This document shows positions 31,238-42,122 of a DNA stretch of 64,000 nt, one piece after another. A program made the translations under genes and the position numbers. The stretch comes from an uncultured Clostridia bacterium (GTDB lineage Bacteria; Bacillota; Clostridia; TANB77; CAG-508). The stretch covers positions 22,168 through 86,167 of the forward strand of contig CALXHF010000004.1 of assembly GCA_944388035.1 (NCBI GenBank), given 5' to 3'. Positions within the stretch are counted from its first letter, which is position 1, and each line of letters starts with the position of its first letter. Below the pieces are notes generated by a model. The model was given only the letters and a program-made list of their open reading frames with translations. It searched no databases and had not been told where the DNA came from.

Positions 31238-32083
31238 CTATTTTTCAAAAACTTTCATATAATATGGCTTTATTTCTGGAAGTAAACTATTTAAGTATAT
31301 AACATTAAAGTATTTGTCTTTTATCTTTATATTTGGAAAAGTTTTTATCATTTTTTCATTTCCCCATACTTTATTTATAAAATTGTCTAAATTTTTATTA
31401 TTTTTTAATTTTATATATTTTTCATTAATAGCCTCTTTGTTATAAACTGGTATATTCTTTTCTACTACCATCCTAGTAATAAACATATCTTGTGCATATA
31501 TAGTTAATATGCAGTCGATAAATAAAAATATTATTACAACTATTACTATTATTTTTAATGTTTTTTTAGATATTTTTGCTTTTATTTTATTGCAAACTCT
31601 ATCTATAAATGGATTTATTATTTTCACTAAAACTAAAGTTAAAACTCCCCAAAAAATAGAATAAAGTAAACATACTCTACCATTTATATTTAAAATTTTA
31701 CCTGAATAATCCCACCAATCTGTTTCTAATATTACCTCTATTAAAAAACTAAATATATACTCAGTTAAAGTTCCAATTATATAACCACCAAGAAATAATA
31801 TTATATTGTTTTTGTTAAAATATTTAGAAAATATTAATATAAAGACTGCTCCTATTCCATATATTCCAAGAAATGGACCATATAAGAAACTCTGTCTTGA
31901 CTGCCACTCTCCCATTGTTATTATTCCAAATATTGTTTCTATGACATATCCTAAAATACTATATATTATGAAATATGAAAATATTTTCCAAATACTTACA
32001 CCCAAAAATTTATATTCTCTATTTTTAGTATTTTTAACATTTACTTTATCATTGGCTTTATTTTTACCTTTTCTATTTTCCAT
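31238..32083 (-). CDS. polytopic membrane protein (putative ABC-transporter type IV / DUF1113-like)
   Basis: 281 aa with about 6 TM segments and the motif YSILGYVIETIF. Family assignment is from memory. Confidence 0.5.
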   Translation of the reverse strand: MENRKGKNKANDKVNVKNTKNREYKFLGVSIWKIFSYFIIYSILGYVIETIFGIITMGEWQSRQSFLYGPFLGIYGIGAVFILIFSKYFNKNNIILFLGGYIIGTLTEYIFSFLIEVILETDWWDYSGKILNINGRVCLLYSIFWGVLTLVLVKIINPFIDRVCNKIKAKISKKTLKIIVIVVIIFLFIDCILTIYAQDMFITRMVVEKNIPVYNKEAINEKYIKLKNNKNLDNFINKVWGNEKMIKTFPNIKIKDKYFNVIYLNSLLPEIKPYYMKVFEK

Positions 32084-32091
32084 ATTTACTC

Positions 32092-33846
32092 CTAAATTAG
32101 CTCTTCTAATTCTTTTATTTTTTCATTATAAAAATCAATTGCATCTTCATATACTTCTTTTGTCTCTAGGTCTACATCTACCATTTTTAATAAATCAATA
32201 GATTTTTTAGAACAACCTTGTTTTAACATATTTATATATTTTTCTATATATGGTGTTCCGTTTTTTATTATTTTACTTGCTATACTAATTGCTGAAGATA
32301 ATCCAGTTGCATATTTATATACATAAAAATCAGAATAGAAATGTGGTATTCTTGCCCACTCATATTGTATTTTTTTATCTACTATAATGTCATTTCCAAA
32401 ATACTTCTTGTTCAATTCATAATAAATTTTATTTAAGTCTTCACTAGATAAAGTTTCTCCATTTTCTATCTTTTCGTGAATTATTTTCTCAAATTCAGCA
32501 AACATTGATTGTCTAAATAATGTTGCTCTTATCATTTCTAATAATTCATACAATAATTCTTTTTTCTTTTCTATATCTTTTTCATTTTCTATTTGGTAAT
32601 TACTAAGTAATATTTCATTTACAGTTGATGCTACTTCTGCTGTCATTATTGTATAATCTGCATTTATTATATTTTGGTTTGAATTTGAATAATATGAGTG
32701 CAAACTATGTCCTAATTCGTGTGCTATTGTGCTTACATCTCTTTTAGAATTTACAAAATTTAATAGTACAAATGGATGTACACCATATATTCCCATACTA
32801 TATGCTCCACCTTTTTTGTGTGGTTTTGCATATACATCTATCCAATTATTTGTAAATGCTTCTTTTAATTTATTTATATATTCATCTCCCATAATTGATA
32901 ATGCTCTTAATACTTCTTCTTTTGCTTCTTCATATGTTATTTCATCTTTTTCTTGTTCAAAAGGATTAACATATAAGTCATACATATGGAATTCTTGCTT
33001 TTTTAGTATTTTCTTTTTTAATTTTATAAATTTATGATTTACAGAAATTTTTTTATTTATAGTATTTATTAATGTTTCATATACTTTTAAATTTGAATCA
33101 TCATTTTTAGTTGCCATATCTAAACTTGATTTATATCTTCTTAAATTTGCTGTTACAGTTGTTTTCTTTACATTTGATAAATATAGTTCTGTAATCGTAT
33201 TAATAAAATTACTATATTTATCATACATTAAATTAAATGCTTGTTCTCTTACTTTTTCTTCTCTGCTTTTTAAATAGATTGTGTAATTACTTTCTGTTAG
33301 TTCTTGTTTCTCACCATTTTCATCTATTAAGTTTCCAAATTTAAATTCTGCATTTGTTAATATATCAAATGTGTTCTCAGGAGCTGAAAATATTTCTCCA
33401 TATTTTGCTAAAATATTTTCTCCTTCTTTACTTAATATATGATTTTTCTCTTCTAATATATCTAAGATAGATCTTTTATATGGTTTTAATCTCTTGTCTT
33501 CTTCTAGATATTTTTTTATTATTTTAGTGTCTGAGTATGTTATTTCTGGTGTTATAAAGGCTGTTTTTGTGCTAAATTTAGTTCCTATAGTTTCTACTTC
33601 TTTATATAATTTTATTCCTTCTTGATTTGACATATCTAAATTATAATATAACATACCATAGCCATATATTTTTTCATATTTTTCTAGTGCTTTTTCCATT
33701 AAATTATAGCAAGAATAAAGATTATTAGAACTTTCACATAATCTTCCCTCGTATTTACTTATATTTTCTAGCTCTTCATCTAAATCCTTTTTTACAATAT
33801 TAAATTCTTCTTTGTTTTTAAATATATCTTTCAAATTCCAATCCAA
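32092..33846 (-). CDS. pepF: oligoendopeptidase F (M3B)
   Basis: 584 aa with HELGHSLH zinc motif and M3B layout. Confidence 0.9.
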   Translation of the reverse strand: MDWNLKDIFKNKEEFNIVKKDLDEELENISKYEGRLCESSNNLYSCYNLMEKALEKYEKIYGYGMLYYNLDMSNQEGIKLYKEVETIGTKFSTKTAFITPEITYSDTKIIKKYLEEDKRLKPYKRSILDILEEKNHILSKEGENILAKYGEIFSAPENTFDILTNAEFKFGNLIDENGEKQELTESNYTIYLKSREEKVREQAFNLMYDKYSNFINTITELYLSNVKKTTVTANLRRYKSSLDMATKNDDSNLKVYETLINTINKKISVNHKFIKLKKKILKKQEFHMYDLYVNPFEQEKDEITYEEAKEEVLRALSIMGDEYINKLKEAFTNNWIDVYAKPHKKGGAYSMGIYGVHPFVLLNFVNSKRDVSTIAHELGHSLHSYYSNSNQNIINADYTIMTAEVASTVNEILLSNYQIENEKDIEKKKELLYELLEMIRATLFRQSMFAEFEKIIHEKIENGETLSSEDLNKIYYELNKKYFGNDIIVDKKIQYEWARIPHFYSDFYVYKYATGLSSAISIASKIIKNGTPYIEKYINMLKQGCSKKSIDLLKMVDVDLETKEVYEDAIDFYNEKIKELEELI

Positions 33847-33915
33847 TATTAACCCTCCATTGTTAAGTTTATAAATTTTTAAAATTATACTTTTAATATA
33901 TCTAAACCTTTACAT

Positions 33916-34638
33916 TTAATATAACTCAATAATAGAATGTAATTGTTTATTATCTTGACTTGAAATCACAACAACGTATTTGTCATCTTCTCTAGTATAT
34001 TTACACTCAACAGTATCACCATATTTTATTTCTTTTTTGTACATAATTCTAACATTATCAAAAGGTCTTAAATTATATACTTCTTCTGGCAAAGCTTCAT
34101 AAGCTAAATCTAAATAATTTAAATTGTGCATATGTTTGTTAATATCAATATCTTTTCTTTTCACAGTATAATTAATGCTACTTAAAAATTCTTCTGGCAT
34201 TTGTAATTTATCTAGCTTTTCTCCTGGAAACACTTCTTTTTCTTCTGTCTTATATTTTTCAATTACTTCTTCCGTTATTCTTTCCATCTTTCCTTCTTCA
34301 ATATTAATTAAAGTCCATTTAGAAGTTGCAATAGCACAAAGAGTTCCATTTTCATCATAAATTTCAAAATCTCTGTATGTAAAAAATCTATTTCCAACTC
34401 TTGCCCAAGTATGTACATCTAAAGTTTGTCCATATTTGGGTCTATTTAAAACTTTAAGTTTCCAATCTAATAATATCCAAGTAAGCTTATTAGTAGCAAT
34501 ATCATTAGAACCATATCCTGCAATATCAGAGTGGTATCCACCTATATTTTCTAATATTTTTAAAATAGAAATATTTTTTATCTTATTATCTTTACCTATA
34601 TCATTTAATCCCATCTTAAACTTCTCTTTAAAAATCAT
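33916..34638 (-). CDS. acyl-ACP thioesterase
   Basis: 240 aa with a double hot-dog layout typical of bacterial acyl-ACP thioesterases. Confidence 0.7.
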   Translation of the reverse strand: MIFKEKFKMGLNDIGKDNKIKNISILKILENIGGYHSDIAGYGSNDIATNKLTWILLDWKLKVLNRPKYGQTLDVHTWARVGNRFFTYRDFEIYDENGTLCAIATSKWTLINIEEGKMERITEEVIEKYKTEEKEVFPGEKLDKLQMPEEFLSSINYTVKRKDIDINKHMHNLNYLDLAYEALPEEVYNLRPFDNVRIMYKKEIKYGDTVECKYTREDDKYVVVISSQDNKQLHSIIELY

Positions 34639-34703
34639 TTTGCTCCCTCTTTCTTTGGGACGTTTCCCCTTATCGTTTGATAAAAGAGAAACGTCCCTAT
34701 TAT

Positions 34704-36011
34704 TTAATATCCTGGTTTTTTTAATAATTTAAACATATTTTTCTTATATTCTTCTACACCCGGTTGGTCAAATGGATTTACCCCTAATAGACTACCAGAC
34801 ACGCTACATGCTTTTTCGAAGAAATATATTAATTCTCCTAAATTTTCTTCATTTAACTCTTTCATTTTTATTTCAATATTTGGAACACCTCCGGATACAT
34901 GTGCTTTAACAGTTCCTTCCATTGCTTTTTTATTTACATAGTCTAAAGTTTTTCCTGACAAATAATTTAAACCATCTAAATTATCATCGTCTGGGTTTAT
35001 TGTAATATCAGATTTTGGTGTTTCTATAGAAACTACAGTTTCAAATAAACACCTTCTTCCTTCTTGTATATATTGTCCCATTGAGTGTAAATCTGTTGTA
35101 TTATCAACTCCCATTGGTAATATTCCTTTATTATCTTTGCCTTCGCTTTCGCCAAACAATTGCTTCCACCACTCTGTAAAATAATGCATCTTTGGTTCAT
35201 AGTTTACCAATATTTCTGTATTTTTATTTAATTTGTACAAAATATTTCTTACTACTGCATATTGATAGCACTCATTATATTTTAAATTACTGTCATCAAA
35301 TCTTTCTTGTGCAATTCTTGCACCTTCCATTAATTTATCTATATCAATTCCTGCAACTGCTATTGGAAGTAAACCAACTGCTGTTAATACAGAATATCTC
35401 CCCCCTACATTATCTGGTACAACAAATTCCTCATACCCTTCGTTATCTGCTAAAGTTTTTAAAGCTCCTTTTTTCATATCTGTTGTTGCATATATTCTAC
35501 TTCTTGCCTCGTCAATTCCATATTTATTTTCTAATATTTCTCTAAAAATTCTAAAGGCAATTGCAGGTTCTGTTGTTGTTCCTGATTTTGATATTACATT
35601 TATTGAAAAATCTTTATTTTCTAAAAATTCTATTAATTCGTTTATATAATTTGAACTCAAATTATTTCCAACATATAAAACTTGTGGGTATTTCCTTTTC
35701 TTGGCCGGAAGTAAATTATTAAATGAACTTGTTAATGCTTCTATTACAGCTCTAGCTCCTAAATAAGAACCCCCTATTCCAATTACTAATAACACATCTG
35801 ATTCTTTTCTTATTTTTTTAGCTACTTTTTTTATATTTTTAAATTCAACTCTATCATAATCTGTTGGAAGATTAAGCCATCCAACGAAATCTTTTACATT
35901 ATCCGCTCTTTTATGTAAGTCTTTATGGATATTTTCTACCTTTTCTTTATATTCCATAATACTTTTCATAGTTATCCCACTATTTTTAAGATTTAAACTA
36001 ATTTCTGCCAT
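34704..36011 (-). CDS. pgi: glucose-6-phosphate isomerase
   Basis: 435 aa with [16 protein letters not shown] and GGRYS motifs. Confidence 0.9.
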   Translation of the reverse strand: MAEISLNLKNSGITMKSIMEYKEKVENIHKDLHKRADNVKDFVGWLNLPTDYDRVEFKNIKKVAKKIRKESDVLLVIGIGGSYLGARAVIEALTSSFNNLLPAKKRKYPQVLYVGNNLSSNYINELIEFLENKDFSINVISKSGTTTEPAIAFRIFREILENKYGIDEARSRIYATTDMKKGALKTLADNEGYEEFVVPDNVGGRYSVLTAVGLLPIAVAGIDIDKLMEGARIAQERFDDSNLKYNECYQYAVVRNILYKLNKNTEILVNYEPKMHYFTEWWKQLFGESEGKDNKGILPMGVDNTTDLHSMGQYIQEGRRCLFETVVSIETPKSDITINPDDDNLDGLNYLSGKTLDYVNKKAMEGTVKAHVSGGVPNIEIKMKELNEENLGELIYFFEKACSVSGSLLGVNPFDQPGVEEYKKNMFKLLKKPGY

Positions 36012-36100
36012 TAATAAACACCTCTTTCTCTAAAAAATTTCAGTTACATTATATACATACAAAACTAATAATTCAAGGTTTTTCGAAAACTTTTTGCAAC

Positions 36101-36175
36101 TTTTGGGGACGGGGCTTTTTTTTCTCACTTTTACAAATATTTCCAAAGTGAGAAAAAAAAGCCCCGTCCCCAAAA
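36101..36175. repeat. perfect 31-bp-arm palindrome with GGGGACGGGGC core
   Basis: TTTTGGGGACGGGGCTTTTTTTTCTCACTTT - 13-nt loop - AAAGTGAGAAAAAAAAGCCCCGTCCCCAAAA. Lies immediately after the spoIIP stop codon. Confidence 0.9.
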
Positions 36176-36178
36176 TTC

Positions 36179-37420
36179 TCATTTTATTATTTCGTTCATT
36201 ACTTTTGCTAGATATTTCATGCTTGTTAAACATTGTTCTAATGTGTTTCCTGTTGCTCCTACTTCTATTATACTTGCATATTTTCCCGTATGTTGGTTAT
36301 ATCTAGATGTTGTTACCATCATTGTTTTAAATAACCCTGGATACATTTCTTCTGCTTTTGATTGTACCTTTATTGCAAATTTTAAATTTTCTCTCCAATT
36401 CGGATGCCACAAGCCTCCTGCATCTGTTCCTATTACAAACATTAATTGAGCTGCTTCTTCATTTCCTATTTTCACTGTTGGTGCATAATCGCTTCTTGAA
36501 CCTATTGCATCTCTATGTACATCTATTATTATATCACTAGGCGTTGTTTGTAATATATTTTCAACTGTTTTTAATGAACGTGTATATGAACCATTATATG
36601 CTGGATAATCGTGATAGTCTGTATTATGTATTACATTATAATTATATTTTTTTAAATATGTTTCTAATTCTGTACCTACTCTTGTTACTGTGAAATTTAA
36701 ATCTGTAGTTCTATAATTTCCTGTTGGTGTATATGGATATTTTTCACTTGCTGTATAACTTTCACAACTATGTGTATGAAATAGTACAATATTCTTATTT
36801 TCTATTTGTATTTCGCTTGTAAATAAATCTTCTGTTAATTCATAATTCGTTTCATTTTTTATTTTTACATTTCCTAGTTGAGTATTACTTCCATCTTTTA
36901 TAGGGTTTGACGTTATTATTTCTGTTTTTGTCCCTGGTTCTAATGCTTCACTATTATTTTCTAAACTATCTTCTTCAATTTCTCCATTTGTAGTTTCTTC
37001 AGTATTTGCAACTTTATTTTCTTCTTTCTTTTCACTAATGTTTTCTATTCCATTTATTGAACTTATTTGTATTCCTAACATTGCTTTTAATATTTTATAA
37101 TCGTTTGCATTTTCTTCTTCTTTTATATCATCTTCTTCTGCAATTTTTCCATATTCTTCGTTTATATTTGAAATAACAGGTATTGTTTGGTTTATTGCTG
37201 TCATATTACTTTTTCCTAAAAAAAAGTTTATTCCTTCCTCTATTTTTTTAATTATATCATTGCTATTATCTGCTACTTCACTATTACTAATATTTTCATT
37301 GTTTTTATTTTTTTCTACTCCAATTTCTTTACTTACAAATACAATTATTAGGCTTAATAATATAATTCCTATCATTAATTTAGTTAAATCTTTTAATCTT
37401 AATACAGTAACATTAAACAT
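36179..37420 (-). CDS. spoIIP: stage II sporulation protein P (SpoIIP amidase/endopeptidase)
   Basis: 413 aa with an N-terminal TM segment and C-terminal SpoIIP signatures LFHTHSCESY, IIDVHRDA, MFVIGTD and IIEVGATGNT. Confidence 0.8.
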   Translation of the reverse strand: MFNVTVLRLKDLTKLMIGIILLSLIIVFVSKEIGVEKNKNNENISNSEVADNSNDIIKKIEEGINFFLGKSNMTAINQTIPVISNINEEYGKIAEEDDIKEEENANDYKILKAMLGIQISSINGIENISEKKEENKVANTEETTNGEIEEDSLENNSEALEPGTKTEIITSNPIKDGSNTQLGNVKIKNETNYELTEDLFTSEIQIENKNIVLFHTHSCESYTASEKYPYTPTGNYRTTDLNFTVTRVGTELETYLKKYNYNVIHNTDYHDYPAYNGSYTRSLKTVENILQTTPSDIIIDVHRDAIGSRSDYAPTVKIGNEEAAQLMFVIGTDAGGLWHPNWRENLKFAIKVQSKAEEMYPGLFKTMMVTTSRYNQHTGKYASIIEVGATGNTLEQCLTSMKYLAKVMNEIIK

Positions 37421-37594
37421 ATTTTTCTCCTTGTCCCCAAGTTTACTATATACATATATATTCTGTTACTTTATTAAATATGAATAATAATCTTTATTAT
37501 AACTACTATAATTAAAATTTATTATTGTTTATACAAAAAGAAACCTAAGTTTTCCTTAAGTTTCTCTTTATTTTTAATTTTAAATTTGACAAAA

Positions 37595-37933
37595 CTATAC
37601 TTTTTTCCAAAACCAATCTAAACTATTATCAAAACTCTTTTTACCAAGTTTCTTTGTTTCCATATCATCAACCCATAAATATGAGAAAAATGATATAAAT
37701 ACAAATATGAAGTCTATTACTACACATCTTGATAATGTTGATAACATATATCTAAATTCTTCAGATAAAGTTGCTACTTGTGCTACGTGTACAATTAATA
37801 ATAATAAATATGCAAATAATACTACTGCTGCTACTGCACTTTTTTTAACTTCTTGTGCTAAAAATATTAATAATACTGTTGCAGCTAACATAAGCAATAA
37901 AGTTAGTGGGTTTGATATATCAAATACAAACAT
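37595..37933 (-). CDS. small membrane protein, hypothetical
   Basis: Start placed at MFVFDIS (ATG 37933), preceded by GGAGGGAAG. Three hydrophobic segments. Confidence 0.45.
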   Translation of the reverse strand: MFVFDISNPLTLLLMLAATVLLIFLAQEVKKSAVAAVVLFAYLLLLIVHVAQVATLSEEFRYMLSTLSRCVVIDFIFVFISFFSYLWVDDMETKKLGKKSFDNSLDWFWKKV

Positions 37934-38050
37934 TTTCTTCCCTCCGTTTTCTTTAGTTTTATTTATTAATATAATAACATTAATATTTTTATTTATCAAC
38001 TATTTTTTATTACGTTTTTATTACATTTTAGTTACAATATTGTTTAATTT

Positions 38051-39415
38051 TTATTTTAATTTATTTTCTATTAAATTAGCTATGTCTTTTGCTTTCTTTG
38101 TTATGTATTCTTGATCTTCTCCTTCTATCATAACTCTAACTAATGGTTCTGTTCCTGATGCTCTAATTAAAACTCTTCCATTTCCTGCGAATTCTTTTTC
38201 TAGTTTTTCTATAGCTTCTTTTATTTCTTCATTTTTGTCATAGTCATATTTTTTATCTGAATTTACTTTTGCATTTATCAACACTTGTGGGTATAATTTC
38301 ACAACACTTGCTAATTCTGATGCTTTTTTACCTTCTTCTAATATTGATTTTATCAACATTAATGATGTTAATATACCATCTCCTGTTGGGTTATAGTCAA
38401 GTAATATTATATGACCTGATTGTTCTCCACCCAAGTTAAAGCCGTCTTTTAACATTTCTTCTAATACATATCTGTCTCCAACTTTTGTTTGTAATAATTC
38501 TAGTCCGTTATCTCTTGCATACTTATTTAGACCCAAATTACTCATTACTGTTGCAACTATTGTATCTTTGCTTAGTTTTCCCTTTTTTCTTAAATTAGCT
38601 GATATTATTGCCAATAACTTATCTCCATCTATCTCATTTCCTTTTTCGTCTACTGCTAAACATCTATCTCCATCACCATCATATGCAACTCCTAGTGACA
38701 ATTTATTTTCTACTACATATTTTTTTAAAGCTTCTAGATGTGTTGAACCACAATTTTCATTAATATTTACACCATTTGGATGATTATTTATAATTCTATA
38801 ATTTATTCCTAATGTTTTAAATACTTTTTCTGCAACTACAGATGTTGCTCCATTTGCTGTGTCTAATGCTACAACAAAATCATCTCTATTATATTTTTCT
38901 ATCTCATCATCAAAATTTTTTCTAAAGAAATATACATATTCATCTATTAAATCTAATGCATATTCTGATACTCCTATTTTATCTCCTACTGCTGTTAATT
39001 TATCTAATTTTCCTGATTCCATAATTTCTTCTATTTCTTCTTCTAAGCTATCTGGTATTTTCATACCTTTGTTGCTAAAGTATTTTATTCCATTAAATTC
39101 ATATGTATTATGTGATGCTGAAATTACAACACTTGCATCTGCATTTAATTTTCTTGTTAAATATGCAACTGCTGGTGTTGGAATTACTCCCAATAACTTA
39201 ACATTTGCACCATAACTTAAAAAACCTGCTACCATTGCACTTTCTATCAATGTTCCTGATATACGTGTATCTCTTCCTATTAATATAGTTGGTGTATGAC
39301 TTGAGTGTTTTGATAGCACATATGCTCCTGCTTTTGCAACTTTATAAACTAAGTCTGGTGTTAATTCTGTATTTGCAATTCTTCTAATTCCATCTGTCCC
39401 AAAATATTTTCTCAT
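38051..39415 (-). CDS. glmM: phosphoglucosamine mutase
   Basis: 454 aa with YFGTDGIR N-terminus, active-site SASHN and GEQSGH motifs. Confidence 0.92.
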   Translation of the reverse strand: MRKYFGTDGIRRIANTELTPDLVYKVAKAGAYVLSKHSSHTPTILIGRDTRISGTLIESAMVAGFLSYGANVKLLGVIPTPAVAYLTRKLNADASVVISASHNTYEFNGIKYFSNKGMKIPDSLEEEIEEIMESGKLDKLTAVGDKIGVSEYALDLIDEYVYFFRKNFDDEIEKYNRDDFVVALDTANGATSVVAEKVFKTLGINYRIINNHPNGVNINENCGSTHLEALKKYVVENKLSLGVAYDGDGDRCLAVDEKGNEIDGDKLLAIISANLRKKGKLSKDTIVATVMSNLGLNKYARDNGLELLQTKVGDRYVLEEMLKDGFNLGGEQSGHIILLDYNPTGDGILTSLMLIKSILEEGKKASELASVVKLYPQVLINAKVNSDKKYDYDKNEEIKEAIEKLEKEFAGNGRVLIRASGTEPLVRVMIEGEDQEYITKKAKDIANLIENKLK

Positions 39416-40251
39416 AAAATTACTTCCTTTCTTTCTTTGTTATGATTATGTTTTTTTATTTTATTTAACACATCATCTTTTGCAATCATTATTTTTTCTT
39501 TAAAACTTAATGTCATCATTTGTGGTGTTTCTATTTCAATTTTCTTATTATGTATTACTAGATTAGGATTTGTTGTTGTTAACTCTTCTAATTTTCTTTC
39601 ACCTATTATTTCATTTAATTCTGCAAGTATTTGTGGAATCTTTGGATATATTGTATTTTGCCTATGTACATCTGAGCCAAACATATGAATCATATTTCCT
39701 TCAAGAAGTTTAAGTACTATCATTTGTGCTTTCTTACCATATTGACCAATTATGCTTCCATAGTTTGCTTGCATTAAAACTCCTTTTTCTACTAAGTCAT
39801 ATATTAGTTCTGGTTCTTTTTGTACAAAGCTATATCTTTCTGGGTGTGCTAGTATTGGTACTAATTTATATTGTTGTAATTCATATATTACATCATATAA
39901 ATTAAATGGTTCTACATTTAATGGTAATTCAAATAATACATAACTTGTATCATTTATTGTTGATGCTTTTCTTTCTTCTAGTAATTTTATTATATTTTCT
40001 GACATATATATTTCATTACCTAAATATAACTTCATATCTATATTTTTCACTTGCATATTTTCACATATTGCATTTAACCATACTTCTCTTTCTGGTACAT
40101 TTGTCTCATAATATCCTTCCATATAGTGTGACGTTGTAACTATTGCATCAAATCCTACATTTTTTGCTTCTCTAATTAGATTAAATGTTTCTTCTATACT
40201 TCTTGAACCATCATCTATATTTGGTAATATATGACTATGTATGTCTATCAT
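39412..40251 (-). CDS. cpsB: CpsB/YwqE-type PHP-family protein-tyrosine phosphatase
   Basis: MIDIHSHILPNIDDGS N-terminus, ...TSHY..., AHPERY, GSDVH motifs. Confidence 0.85.
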   Translation of the reverse strand: MIDIHSHILPNIDDGSRSIEETFNLIREAKNVGFDAIVTTSHYMEGYYETNVPEREVWLNAICENMQVKNIDMKLYLGNEIYMSENIIKLLEERKASTINDTSYVLFELPLNVEPFNLYDVIYELQQYKLVPILAHPERYSFVQKEPELIYDLVEKGVLMQANYGSIIGQYGKKAQMIVLKLLEGNMIHMFGSDVHRQNTIYPKIPQILAELNEIIGERKLEELTTTNPNLVIHNKKIEIETPQMMTLSFKEKIMIAKDDVLNKIKKHNHNKERKEVIL

Positions 40252-40272
40252 CTGTTTTTTCTCCTTTTGCTT

Positions 40273-41253
40273 CTAATTTAATTTTTTCTTTTCTTCATCT
40301 AAGTATTGGTTTATTTGGTTTAAGATTTCTGTTGTTCTATCTAATGTTACTTCTTCTTGTGCATTTTCTTTTTTTAGATTATTTTTTAATGCTTTTGGCA
40401 CTTCTAAATCTTCTTTTTCTAATTCTTTATTCTTTCTTTTTATATTATTATTTTGTATGGGTTTTGGCTCTCTTTTTTCTATTATACTTGATGCTCTATT
40501 ATACATTTCTTTACTTGCTCTTTTTGCTGACCTTGAAGTTGGTTTTGTTTCTGTAAGTGCTGTTGAACCATAATAATATGATTGTTCATATTTTTTCGCA
40601 TCAATTTCTACTTTATTCAATATTACTCCTGCTATTTTTCCACCCACATTTTTTATATTTCTAACTACTCTTTTCAAATCTTCTTTTTTTGTCTGCTTAC
40701 TTGCTGTTACTATTACTGCTGTGTCTACTATTCTTGCCAATATTAATGAATCTGTTACTAATTGACTTGGTGTTCCATCAAATATTATTATATCACATAA
40801 ACTATTTATTTTTTCCATTAGATTTTGCATTCTATCAGATACTAATAATTCTGAAGGGTTTGGTGGAACATTTCCAGCTGGTATTACATATAGGTTTTCT
40901 ATTTCTGTTTCTTGTATATAATCTGCTAAATCTTCTGAAGCATCTCCATTATTCCAGTCTACACCTGATAGATAATTTGAAAGTCCTGGTCTTGGTGATA
41001 CTCCAAATATAGAATACACTCTACCTTTTCTCATATCTGCATCTATTAAAATAACTTTTTTACCTGCTTGTGCAAATGTTATTGCTAAATTTGCTGAAAC
41101 CCAAGATTTTCCTTCTCCTGGCAATGTTGATGTTATTAGTATACTCTTTAATTTTCCTTTTGTGTTCATAAATTGTATATTTGTTCTTAGTGTTCTAAAC
41201 ACTTCTGATATAGGAGATTTTGGATCTAATTTTGCTACTAATTCTTTTTTCAT
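40273..41253 (-). CDS. cpsD: CpsD/CapB-family BY-kinase with extended K/E-rich C-terminal region
   Basis: Walker A GEGKS, Walker A-prime IDADMRK and Walker B IIFDGTP. The C-terminal approx 100 aa are low complexity, with a YEQSYYYG Tyr cluster. Confidence 0.85.
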   Translation of the reverse strand: MKKELVAKLDPKSPISEVFRTLRTNIQFMNTKGKLKSILITSTLPGEGKSWVSANLAITFAQAGKKVILIDADMRKGRVYSIFGVSPRPGLSNYLSGVDWNNGDASEDLADYIQETEIENLYVIPAGNVPPNPSELLVSDRMQNLMEKINSLCDIIIFDGTPSQLVTDSLILARIVDTAVIVTASKQTKKEDLKRVVRNIKNVGGKIAGVILNKVEIDAKKYEQSYYYGSTALTETKPTSRSAKRASKEMYNRASSIIEKREPKPIQNNNIKRKNKELEKEDLEVPKALKNNLKKENAQEEVTLDRTTEILNQINQYLDEEKKKLN

Positions 41254-41960
41254 TATTTATTCCCTCCCTTTTTCTTTTGTATTGCATTTTCGTATATTGG
41301 TATTGATGCTAAAACTGGTAATTTAAATTCTTTCTCTATATCCTCTACTGTTTTAATTGTTGTATCTAGCATATTAGCAACTAATACATATATTACAGAA
41401 ACTACTAAACCAATAAATGCAAATATTGTTACATCTTTTTTATGGTTTATATTTGAAGGTGTATTACTTTCTTCTGCTTCATCTACTATATGTACATTAT
41501 TTATATTATATATTTCAGCTACTTTTTCAGTAAATACTTTTGCTATTTCGTTTGCAATATTTGCTGAATATTCTGCATTTTCTGTTTCTACTGATATTTC
41601 TAGTACTTCTGTATCTTCTACAGAACTTACTGATACATTATTTTTTAAACTTTCCCAATTTATATCTATTCCTAAATTTTGTACAACTTGATTTAATACA
41701 TCTTTACTTCTAACTAGAACACTATATGTTGATACTAATTTTGAGTTTAAAGTTAAATCTGTTGCTGTAATACTTTCTGACGTTTCTTCTCCACTTTCTG
41801 CTCCAGCTAATACTAATGTTGTTGATGAACTATACATTGGTTTTGTAAAACCTACTGTATATATTACCCCTAATGCTATAAATATTAATACAATTAATAT
41901 CATATGTAATTTTTTGCTCCAAAAAATGTTAAATAATTCTTTTAAATCTAATTCTTCCAT
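41253..41960 (-). CDS. cpsC: Wzz/CpsC chain-length determinant (kinase modulator)
   Basis: 235 aa with two TM segments flanking an extracellular domain. Stop/start overlap with cpsD. Confidence 0.8.
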   Translation of the reverse strand: MEELDLKELFNIFWSKKLHMILIVLIFIALGVIYTVGFTKPMYSSSTTLVLAGAESGEETSESITATDLTLNSKLVSTYSVLVRSKDVLNQVVQNLGIDINWESLKNNVSVSSVEDTEVLEISVETENAEYSANIANEIAKVFTEKVAEIYNINNVHIVDEAEESNTPSNINHKKDVTIFAFIGLVVSVIYVLVANMLDTTIKTVEDIEKEFKLPVLASIPIYENAIQKKKGGNK

Positions 41961-42122
41961 AATTCCTCCTACTTTTTTTATTTTCTTTTGTTCATACTTT
42001 TATAGTATACATTTAACTTTGTTTTTTTGCAACATTTTTATCAAAAAATACTTTGCTTTAAAATTTTTATTTGTAAATAGTTTCTTTAATTTTTTATTTT
42101 TCTTTTATTATTCTTTTTTCTC

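Noticed and set aside
36030-36306. Two overlapping small ORFs (67 aa minus strand, 70 aa plus strand) encoding near-mirror peptides.
   Set aside because: Both are generated by the 75-bp perfect palindrome at 36101-36175. The mirror-image translations (GTGLFFLT...) are a symmetry artefact.
37934-37999. N-terminal extension MINKNINVIILINKTKENGGKK of the small membrane protein ORF.
   Set aside because: The internal ATG at 37933 is preceded by GGAGGGAAG at proper spacing. The extension is AT-rich read-through of the RBS region.
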